Source of the DNA: Mytilus californianus
Taxonomy: Eukaryota
NCBI RefSeq assembly: GCF_021869535.1
Contig: NW_026262637.1
Coordinates: forward strand, 14,446,001 to 14,510,000
DNA length: 64,000 bases
Direction of reading: 5' to 3'
Part shown: positions 32,475 through 42,680 of the stretch, one piece after another
Layout: each line of letters opens with the position of its first letter
How positions within the stretch are numbered: position 1 is the stretch's first letter
Notes under the pieces: model-generated
Database searches by the model: none
What the model saw: only the letters and a program-made list of their open reading frames with translations
What the model was told of the DNA's origin: nothing
Translations under genes and position numbers: made by a program

Positions 32475-33996
32475 ATCTGAAATGAATTTCGATGTGATTA
32501 ACTAATAAAAAATTTAGTAGTTCAATGAGTATTCCTCGACTGATCAAAATATTCAACACAAAAAAAGGTTTGTATTATTAAACAGTGCATATGTTTACAT
32601 AGAGATAAATATATAATGATTTATTACAACCATTGTCATATAACACAGTGATTTTTCATAACTGTGGCTTTTTTCTGTTAACAATACAGGAATATATATG
32701 ATATATAAAATATTTGTCGTACTAACCACACATTCGATCATATTTTTGCGTCTAAAAAAGATGTTCAGAAATGTCACAGGTTCATCATGATACACAGTTA
32801 TAGCAATTATAATTACTTACCTTCTACGGAGATCCTGCAATTAGTTCAGTCTAATATTCCAGGTATTCAGATATCAGTCCAGTACTGTGCTAAGTTAATT
32901 ACCTATATGTTTGTATTTACATGTAACACGATAGAAAATTGTATTTTAATTGTACAGTGACGTCAATATAAGGAGATTTCAAATGTAGATATATAAAATG
33001 TATAATAGTATACAAATAGGGTATTTATAATTTACACACCTGAACAATATTTCATTTTTATGTAAATAAGGGTTAATAGCTAGCCATAATCAATCCTTAG
33101 ATATTAAATATCGTTTGAGACGTAGTACAAGTTGGACGTTGGTTCTTGTGATATTATGTAAATCATTTTATTGTTCTTTGCTCAAATCATGACGCAAATG
33201 AAATATAGATTACATTATACGATTAATACCACCATGGTCACGTGTTACCTGGTTATCTTAGTCCATTTTTTTAAATGATTTATCATTTGATATAGTAAAC
33301 GAAGTTAGAAAGTAAATCAAAAGTATTAAAACAAACAACGTAAGCCAAATGTGATTGTGATTAGATTAGGCTGGAGATATACAGCGCCATAATTTTTAAT
33401 TTCCTTAATAATTTTTTATTTATTATCTTTGCTTATTTTGACAGGAAAAATTCAAAAGGAGTACATGATGTTATATTTTAACTATATGTATGTTAGGGCT
33501 TTGCACTCAGGGGATGAAGACGTTTATGATAGTACGTAGAACGTTTTTGACTGCGTTTTGTGTACCAGTAGTAAAAACCTCAGAGATTTGGGAATCTTGA
33601 ATTATAAAAAAATCATAAATCATTCATTCAATGGAAATTTTAAACATACAAGTTACAAATGTGATATATGTACAGAACTTATTTAGCGAAAACAGAGTAA
33701 AATTGTAAGTGCAGAATGATATCTATATTGATGGACTGCTGTCTTATTGACGTTTACCCTGCCTGTACAATTTATTATCATGGCTTTCGGTATAGTTAAA
33801 AAGGCTATCCCATTAGTTACTGCATAATCTGTAGTCCGAGCTACAAGTATTTGTGAGACAAGTTGTAGTCTTATGCTCTGTTTTCCTAACTTTGTGAAAT
33901 TTATTAAAATTAATTCCTTCGCAACTTGGGTCAATTAATGTGTATCCAATTTTTAATAAATCTTTTCACTTTTCCCCGTGATTTGTTGCTCCCATA

Positions 33997-34130
33997 TAAA
34001 AATAAGGAGATGTGGTATGATTGCCAATGAGACAACTATCCACCGAAGTTCAAATAAAGTGGATGTAAGCAATTATAGGCAACAGTACGGCCTTCAACAA
34101 TGAGAAAAACCCAAACCGTATAGTCGGCTA
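33997..34130 (+). repeat. Truncated copy of the TGATTGCCAATGAGACAACT repeat family
   Basis: Near-identical to 18876-19000. Confidence 0.75.
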
Positions 34131-34144
34131 TGTTTGTTACCTAA

Positions 34145-34292
34145 TGGAATTATTATCTATGGTTACATGAAGTTTTTATTTGGTTTATCTATGAAAGTAT
34201 TATTTATGGTTTCATGTAGTTCTTATTTGGTTTATCTATGGAAGTATTATTTATGGTTTCATGTAGTTCTTATTTGGTTTATCTATGGAAGT
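34145..34292. repeat. 47-bp tandem repeat, ~3 copies
   Basis: TATTTGGTTTATCTATG at 34177, 34224 and 34271. Confidence 0.85.
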
Positions 34293-34617
34293 AACATAGA
34301 CATATCGTCAATCAATATAATATTTCCATGGTTTAACTGAACTGTTGTAAAATCAAGGAGTCTTTTTTAACCTTTACCTTTTAGTCCCTTTGATGAAAGC
34401 TTATATAAACTATATAGCTTTTTTAGCTAGCCATAAAACCAGGTTCAACCCATCATTTTCCTCAGGAAAATGCCCATACCAAGTCTGGAACATGACAGTT
34501 GTTTTTCACTCGTTCCGTTCGTTGGTTGATAACGTTGCATTTTGTCAGTTTTTATTGAATTCCTTTTTTTGAATTTACACTGCAGTTCGGTATTTTTGTT
34601 ATACTTTTATAAAAAAA

Positions 34618-34873
34618 AACCAACATGTGGTATGATTGCAAATGAAACTGCAGAGTCCACATGAAGCGGACATAAGCAACTATAGGTCACCACAAGGCCT
34701 TCAATAAATAGCAAACCCATACCGTATAGTTAGCAATGAAATGCCTCGAAATGATAAAATGTGAAACAATTCAAACTGAAAACAAAAAAGACAGACAGCA
34801 ACCAACGACAACCACTGATTTACAGGCTTTTGACTTGAGACAGGCATATAGCTTGTGGCGGGATTAAACATGT
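34618..34873 (+). repeat. Copy of the same dispersed family with a degenerate antisense twister-like P3/P4 segment
   Basis: Minus strand TTTAATCCCGC-CACA..TATG-CCTG-TCTCAAGT-CAAA-AGCCTG at ~34825-34867. Confidence 0.6.
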
Positions 34874-34904
34874 TTGTTGTTGGTGTAGCAACACAGCATG
34901 AAAC

Positions 34905-35335
34905 AAAAGATTCTTTTGGAACTTTGGTTAATAAAAGTCCGATGAAAAAAGCTCATGGGGTCATAAAGGGTGATAAACCATGGTTTGTTAAACTCATGTA
35001 AATTGGAAATAAAAAAAAATTCACTCGTCAAAATATAAATATAATAAACATAAAAGTATAAATAATAAGAAGTCACTGAAAAGAGCAAGTAAGGAATATA
35101 AAACAGAAATAAACAATTGTTTTCAAAAATATCAGTTTAAGACAGAAAAGGAGCATCGTAATATATAAAAAAAAATAACCGAAAGAATTTTGGAAAGTTT
35201 TAAATAGATTTTCCCCGAAACAAAAAAGGGAAAGTTCAATTTCACTACAAGTAATGTATGACCATTTTAAGAAGCCTAATGCAAGTGAGGTAAACGATGA
35301 GAGAGAGTTTCTTCATACAGAATTAAGTTGGTCGG
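34905..35335 (+). mobile_element. LINE ORF2 fragment (endonuclease-RT linker region)
   Basis: Frameshifted translation ...GDKPWF...KRASKEYKTEIN...KEFWKVLN...SISLQVMYDHFKK, typical of the CR1/L2-group linker. Confidence 0.55.
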
Positions 35336-35454
35336 TGGAAAAATACAGCAAAAGAGGATCGTATATGCTGTCATTGCGATTCAAATAAAATTGGTGACGA
35401 ATATCATTATGTACCAATGAACAAATTATGTCATTAAGAGAAAGGTATATAGAT

Positions 35455-35768
35455 ATAAGAAGATGTGGTATGAGTGCCAATGAGACAACTCCCCATCCAA
35501 GTCAAAATTTATAAAAGGAAACCATTATAGGTCAAAGTACGGTTTTCAACACGGAGCCTTGGCTCACACCGAACAGCAAGCTATGAAGGGCCCCAAAAAT
35601 TAGTAGTGTAAAACCATTCAAACGGGAAAACCAACGGTCTATCTTTTTAAAAAACGAGAAACGAGAAACACTTATGAACCACATCAACAAACGACAACTA
35701 CTGAACATCAGATTCCTGATTTAGGACAGGTGCAAACAATTGCAGCGGGTTTAAACGTTTTAATGGTA
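35455..35768 (+). repeat. Sister-subfamily copy of the dispersed repeat with antisense twister-like P3/P4
   Basis: Minus strand TTTAAACCCGC-TGCAA(TTGT)TTGCA-CCTG-TCCTAAAT-CAGG-AATCTGA; truncated upstream of the TAA. Confidence 0.65.
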
Positions 35769-36124
35769 TATACCTACATATTACACAAAAAATCCTTCCC
35801 AATTAAAATTCATAGGTCTATTGTCACAATGTAATGTGCCAGTTCTAACAAAACTGGCACGTTTTTAAAACATTTAGAAAAGATATTTTATAATTTATTT
35901 CATGTTACAATGTAGTATTAAATTAAAATTTTATTCACGTTGCAATTCAAAATATTGCAAAAAAATCAACCAAATTTGGTATATTTCAATTCTACTGTAT
36001 GCTATCGCTAATTTATTTATTGTGTGTTTTGCTTGCAAATATATAATTATGTAATTGTTAATGGATAATTATAATCCTCTTGTAGCACCATACGTGTGCC
36101 TAAGTTGTAATAAATTGTCTTGTC

Positions 36125-36395
36125 TTAGAAAAGGACAACTACTGCTGTTTATGTTAGATTTATTTAAAGTAAGTTCCTTTGGGTAAATTTCGGTAGTATA
36201 TTTAAAGAATTCTGGATTATTTAATGAAAAAATATCATCAAGATAGCGGTGGGTTTTGTTGAATGTGTCAACTTAATGTAACAATGACGTGTCTTTACTG
36301 ATTTTGGCCATAAACTGTGATTCATAGCAATATGGGAATACATCTGCTATTAAAGGGGCGCAATTAGTGCCCATGGGAATACCCACTACCTGTCG
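36125..36395 (-). mobile_element. Penelope-like RT core fragment
   Basis: Translates VYRQVVGIPMGTNCAPLIADVF...RYLDDIFSLNN...IYPKELTLNKSN with one stop (RT motifs GIPMG and YxDD). Confidence 0.8.
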
Positions 36396-36403
36396 ATACA
36401 CTT

Positions 36404-37100
36404 ACTAGAGATAAAGGATACAACAGTTAAGTCTGCCTCATATCATGACTTACATCTAGAAATTGACAATGAGGGTCGGTTGAAAACAAAACTTTACGAC
36501 AAAAGAGATGATTTCAGCTTCCCAATTGTGAACTTTCCATTTCTGTGTATTAACATTCCAGCAGCGCCTGCATACGGAGTATATATCTCCCAACTAATAC
36601 GATATTCCTGGGCTTGTATTTCCTATCATGATTTCCTTGATAGAGGGTTGCTGCTCACAAGTAAGCTATTAAACCAAGAGTTCCAAATGGTGAAGTTGAA
36701 ATCATCCCTTCGTAAATTTTACGGACGCCATCACGAGTTGGTTGACCGTTATGGAATATCCGTTTCACAGATGATAGCGGATATGTTCCTAATGTCGTAA
36801 CTACAATCCCGTTCCCTTTTCACGAATGTGACCTACCGAATTAGACTATTTACCGGGTTTGTACTTACATGAGCAACACGACGGGTGCCACATGTGTAGC
36901 AAGATCTGCTTACCCTTCCGGAGCACATGAGATCACCCCCAGTTTATGTAGAGTTCGTGTTGCTTAGTCTTTAGTTTTCTATGTTGTGTTTTGTGTACTA
37001 TTGTTTATCTGTTTGTCTTTTTCTTTTTTAGCCATGGCGTTGTCAGTTTATTTTCGATTTATGAGTTTGAATGTCCCTCTGGTATCTTTCGCTCCTCTAG
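36404..37100 (+). mobile_element. Penelope-like element 3' part (RT thumb, no C-terminal GIY-YIG) plus structured tail
   Basis: LEIKDTT...KTKLYDKRDDFSFPIVNFPFL...PAYGVYISQLIRY...KFYGRHHELVDRY, stop at 36800. Ending without an endonuclease fits the N-terminal-EN (Naiad/Chlamys) type (inference). Confidence 0.8.
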
Positions 37101-37344
37101 ATCTTTTATCGCCGAAACGTACATATATGTCGTCAGGAAAAAAGTTAAAGCTTCAATCATATCTTCACATTTCCAGTAAGTGTATCTAGCATACTTTCCT
37201 TTTTCGTTACAGAAATAGGCTTTAAACGAGTTACAGCAAATAAATTTGCAATGAGATTTAAGTTCTTTTAAAACATTGAAAAATGCTTAGTATCGGCAAA
37301 CAGGAAATTTGTGTCCGATAGGTCCAAAAAGTGCTCACATTATC

Positions 37345-38382
37345 AACGTACGATATCTACATACGGTCAAATTATCCGTGTGTTGAAATACTTGAAAAAT
37401 GCTTGTATACTATTTTATCTGCAACATAACATAGAGAACACCGCTTAAAAAGTGTCACAAAGGGAAGTAATGCTAAGCTTACAAATGATCTTACATATTA
37501 ATAAATGCAAACTTTTATGTAACACGTTGAGAATAGTTATGGCGTTGGTTGTTTCTTTCAGTCTGGACATAAAACTTATTTTTTGTATGCATGTCGCAAT
37601 TTAAAATATAATTTTGCATAAAATACAACATTAACTGATTCAAAAAAGCTTTCATGGTATTTATAGAAAATGAGCGAATGAGATTATTGAGTCGCGTTAA
37701 AAATTACAATGATAGAGTGCATGCCTTTCCTTTGGCGGCAAATTTATCAAAAAACAAATGCCATTGACTTCAATGCAAACTTATTTAAATTTAATATATA
37801 CCTGGTAAACCGTTCTTACTCTTACTCTAGTTCGTTCAACTCCCTCAGTTTGTGTTTGTTGCCTTGGTTTGTCTGTTCTCGATTGGATTCCGAGATTTGA
37901 ATGTCGGTTAACTACTGTCGCTTTTCTCAACCTTCGGAAATCAGACGCTTTGATATATCATTAAAGAAAGCACAACTCGTCGTTTGCATCAAGCAAAGCA
38001 TAGGGTGATGCGGCATTTTGGATAATTCACGTGGCCTCGTTTACAAACATGGTAGATTTGCACTAAATTCTTATATTGACCCCAATTACTTTCCAATCCT
38101 GTAGTTGAAATTAAACTGCATTCCGCATTCAATTTTATAACCCTAGTTTTGATTCATCTTATAAACAAATTTACATTACAAACATTATCTACAAATCAGT
38201 GGAGTGTTTTCCAGAAAGATCTCCAATTGGGTGTTCTTTGATGATGACAAATATTCATTTACTGAGTTTAGCCTTATATTCACTATTATGTTTTATTTCT
38301 GTTGTACTCAAAGGCGATTTCCATCTTTTCGTCTTCAATTATATCAGGGGTTTAATTTGTTTGTTTGATGAATTAACTATGT
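37345..38382. repeat. Local ~1.05-kb duplication, copy A1 (partner 40428-41498)
   Basis: Direct, highly similar collinear sequence, including the near-identical short ORFs at 38199 and 41312. Confidence 0.9.
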
Positions 38383-38768
38383 ATAATGCAAATAGTCAGT
38401 CGATGTTTTAGACAACTAGCTATAAGTGTCATAAACGTTGACTTCGATGAGTTAAGTACGGTTGTTTATTTGCTATTTGAATTGAATTTAAATTATTTTT
38501 TTTTGTCTTCTAACTACAGTTTTAGTATATCTGTCAGGAATGATAATACAAAAATGATCTTTTAATGAGATTTCCATGTCCGACTTGTCTGGGATCTATG
38601 TAGTTTTAAGATAATTGTAAAGGAGAAAGGATTTCGAAGCTGTCAAAGAATTAACCATCTCTAATGTGCAATTATCAAACTTAACAAATTGGCCACGCTA
38701 CATTGAAATAATTACATAAATTGACAATACTTTGGTATGGGCACCAATAATTTGGAAATATAACTTAC

Positions 38769-39014
38769 TGCAATTCTCTTTAGCTTTTTCGTCAATGGTA
38801 GAAATCTACCATTATTCTTCAGAAGCACAAATGATTTCTTAGCGGCATCTAAAGCAATCTGTCTGTAATCCTCACTCTGGACTAATGACATATCAAGATA
38901 ATTGTAAGGGTTCATCCTCAAAGGATCAAACTCTCCTAGCTTCATTCTGGTGTAAAATAATGGCTTCACTGATTCTAAAACTGTTTCTTTTGACAATTTT
39001 CCAGCTTTGATTGC
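38769..39014 (-). pseudogene. Orphan copy of GH3 beta-xylosidase exon 6, with ~380 nt of its downstream intron (38384-38768)
   Basis: 13 substitutions over 246 nt versus 46236-46481. The donor GTAAG is kept; the original acceptor is replaced by a Penelope-tail copy. Confidence 0.85.
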
Positions 39015-40427
39015 TTAGTCTTTCGTTTTCTATGTTGTGTTTTGTGTACTATTGTTTATCTGTTTGTCCTTTTCTTTTTTAGCCATGGCGTTGTCAGTTT
39101 ATTTTCGATTTATGAGTTTGAATGTCCCTCTGGTATCTTTCGCCCCTCTTTTATCGCCGAAACGTAAATATATGAACCTTTAATTCTGACGTAACGATCC
39201 TTTTTAATTTGAATCCAAGAAGGAAGGCAGAAGACAATTGAACTAAAATATAAAACCAAATACCTGCCCTCCCAGTAAATTGATTATGCTTGTAAATATA
39301 ACAAGTGTGAACACAGAGTTGTGTTGTCTGATGAGATAATTTTTGTAATGACTTGTGCAGGGGTTGATTCTGCAATTGCCATAAAACGCTTCGTTTTATA
39401 AATAGTATTATTCACTACAGATGAATAATGTAAGGGTTTTGATCCACCACCTGTGTTCCCACGGTGATCCAAATTGTTTTAATCTTATCTTCAGTTACCA
39501 CAATCTGTGGTAGTCATTTATATATATATTTGACAGTACGGTTGCCATAATCAGTGATTTGCCGGTAACCTCATATTTTCAGATATACCACGGACAGTAA
39601 AATTGCCAGCGATCTGCGGCACATACATATATTGAGATTACTTATATACAATATGTATAAATTTAAATAATATTAAAGGTTGTGGCTAAATACTGCCAAG
39701 TTGTTGTTGGGTTTTAACAAGCATCTGGGATAATTGAATATCGAAGACAAAAAAGTACACGCATTCCTCCAGATAGTAGCTGTATCTATATTTCGCCCAG
39801 TTTTATGCAAGATATCATGAACATTGAAAGAGAAGAGAGGTCCATGAAGATTGCACAGACCTTGACTTGATAAACTTGGTTTTCATCAATTTAGGAATCA
39901 AAATGACACTTTGGGTCTTCCATAATGAAGATAAAACGGAAAATCTATTCTGATAAGTTCTGTATTTAAACCATGTCAACTGGTAAATTCAGTAAAAAAA
40001 TATCCCGTCCACCGTAGCACAAACCTACTTCCTGAATCAAATGTATACCTTGTTTGCCTATAAAAATCGGACGCTTTCAAATATCATTCTTTAAGTACAA
40101 ATGAAGCCCCATCTCAACTGTCAATAACAAGAACTCAGACTGCAGAAATTGCTAATAAACCAACATCAAAGCGATTTCTTTGTCCAAAACGGGGCAACCA
40201 AAAATGAAGTAGAAAAATGTATAAAAAATGAAACCAAAACCGACTTTGACCAAACTGTGCATTAAAAAAATTAAAGAAAAAATTTACACCATCAAAAGCA
40301 AATTTAACACAGACATCTAAGTACAAATATTTCAACTACAGTTTTATAGTTAAACTTAAAGGCTTACTTATCCTGAAAATTTTTCCGAAATATCTTTCTA
40401 ATAAGAAATGCAATGAATTATGTGATA

Positions 40428-41498
40428 AACGTACGATATCTACATACTCAAATTATCCGTGTGTTGAAATACTTGAAAAATGTTTGTATACAACTTTATC
40501 TGCAACATAACATAGAGAACACCGCTTAAAAAGTGTCCCAAAGGGAAGTAATGCTAAGCTTACAAATGATCTTACATATTAATAAATGCAAAATTTTATG
40601 TAACACGTTGAGAAAAGTTATGGCGTTGGTTGTTTGTTTCAATCTGGACATAAAACCTATTTTTGTATAGACCCCATGCTCCCTCTCACGGTATGCTTAG
40701 TGCGTCCATGCATGTCACAATTTAATACTAGTATATAATTTTACATAAAATACAACATTAACTGATTCAAAAAAGCTTTCATGGTATTTATAGAAAATGA
40801 GCGAATGAGATTATATTGAGTCGCGTTAAAAATTACAATGAAAAAGTGCATGCCTTTCCTTTGGCGGCAAATTTATCAAATAAAATTCCATTGACTTCAA
40901 TGCAAACTTACTTAAATTTAATATATACCTGGTAAACCGGTCTTACTCTTTTTGTAGTTCGTTCAACTCCCTCAGTTTGTGTTTGTTGCCTTGGTTTGTC
41001 TGTTCTCGATTGGATTCCGAGATTTGAATATCGGTTAACTACTGTCGCCTTACTCAACCTTCGGAAATCAGACGCTTTGATATATCATTAATGAAAGTAC
41101 ATCAAGCAAAGCATAGGGTCATGCGGCATTTTGGATAATTCACGTGGCCTCTTTTACAAACATTGTAGATTTGCTCTAAATTCTTATATTGACCCCAATT
41201 ACTTTCCAATCCTGTAGTTGAAATTAAACTTCATTCCGCATTCAATTTTATAACCCTAGTTTTGATTCATCTTATAAACAAATTTACATTACAAACATTA
41301 TCTACAAATCAGTGGAGTGTTTTCCAGAAAGATCTTCTCCAATTGGGTGTTCTTTGATGATGACAAATATTCATTTACTGAGTTTAGCCTACTATTCACT
41401 ATTATGTTTTATTTCTGTTGTACTCAAAGGCGATTTCCACCTTTTCGTCTTCAATTATATCAGGCGTTTAATTTATTTGTTTGATGAATTAACTATGT
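40428..41498. repeat. Local duplication, copy A2 (partner 37345-38382)
   Basis: Direct repeat with small indels. Confidence 0.9.
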
Positions 41499-41559
41499 TT
41501 TATTTAGTTACAAACATTGCAGCTGCACAATTTCAAGTCAGCAGAAAATGAAAAAAACA

Positions 41560-41850
41560 CATTAAATAATTTCATGCGTCCGAAGCGCTTTTCTGGATTT
41601 ACCTTTATTTAGGAACGCTCAAAGCCGAATATTTGAAAGCCGAGAATGTATAAGAACCGAAACAGTTGAAGAGCTATGTGACAAAAAAAAATACCTAAAA
41701 CATAGTCAAATCCATCTAAGGTCAACTTTGCCTGAGGGAGTTGAAAAAAGTAAAATCAAAAGCTCAAGACATCAAACGAATGGATAACAACTGTAATATT
41801 CCTGACTTGGTACAGGCATTTTCTTATGTAAAAAATGGTGGATTAAACCT
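41560..41850 (-). mobile_element. Composite repeat with a twister-like P3/P4 segment and a degenerate hammerhead-like motif
   Basis: Minus strand TTTAATCCAC-CATTTT..AAAATG-CCTG-TACCAAGT-CAGG at ~41785-41850, and GCGTTC-CTAAATAA-AGGTAAATCCA-GAAAA-GCGC-TTC-GGACGC at 41576-41618. Confidence 0.5.
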
Positions 41851-42112
41851 TAGTTACTTTATAATTTCAAAATTTATAAACGGACAATTTAAAAAAAGTT
41901 TGTTATAAATAATGTCAGAAGAATCTGTTGGAGTTTGCTCTAATTCTGTAAAGCCGTCTTCAAGGAGTTTGGAATTCAAAAAGCGGACGATGATGTAAGA
42001 CAATACAACTAGTGCCATCTAAACACTGTCAGACAACAAAACAAATAATAGAAATAATAATACTCAACAATCTCTTATCTATCTCCATTCAATCTGATTA
42101 AAATAAAGATCA

Positions 42113-42315
42113 TGTGTCCACGCTTCGTTTACAAGGATCTGAAAACACTCCATTCTTCTTTCTGTTTAAACAAATTTTCGGATCCTCAGGGTTTCTCGTA
42201 ATGATACACACCTTCAAAAAATTAGAGGCAGACATACATTGGTAGATCTAAACGTGTTTAGAACAGAAAGTAGAACGGAGTGTTGTCAGAACATTGTAAG
42301 CGAAGCGAGGACACA
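42113..42315. mobile_element. ~200-bp fold-back MITE with ~60-bp imperfect TIRs
   Basis: TGTGTCCACGCTTCGTTTACAAGGATCTGAAAACACTCCATTCTTCTTTCTG versus reverse complement of right end TGTGTCCTCGCTTCGCTTACAATGTTCTGACAACACTCCGTTCTACTTTCTG. Confidence 0.7.
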
Positions 42316-42680
42316 GGATATGTAGTCCAATCAGATTGATCTCTATTTAAATTTGAGAATTTTCCGATTATGATTTTTTTCGTTGACAAGTCAAATCTTG
42401 TATATTCTGTATACTTGTATATTCTGTATGAAAACCAAATCAAATATTGATTGCCATTAGTTGTACCCACTTTCAACTAAAACATTTCATGAACAAAAAA
42501 GAAGCATTAAAATACAGGTTGGAAATATACTTAAAGAATAACTTAAATAAATAAAAGATGTTTATTATATTGGATAAATGAATGAGAATTGGATCACATT
42601 TCCATCCATTAGTAATTTTCAAATTATATGTAAATCAATCTATATTCTATAAAACAAAAGTTGTTTAACAAATTCATATG

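Noticed and set aside
36800-36970. HDV-like ribozyme or SECIS in the PLE tail
   Set aside because: A P1-like helix exists but there is no P2 adjacent to P3 and no CGAA-type J4/2. The RUGA..AA..GA candidates lack a pairable helix II.
39700-40340. Coding-like decayed sequence on the minus strand
   Set aside because: Multiple stops and frameshifts with no assignable family.
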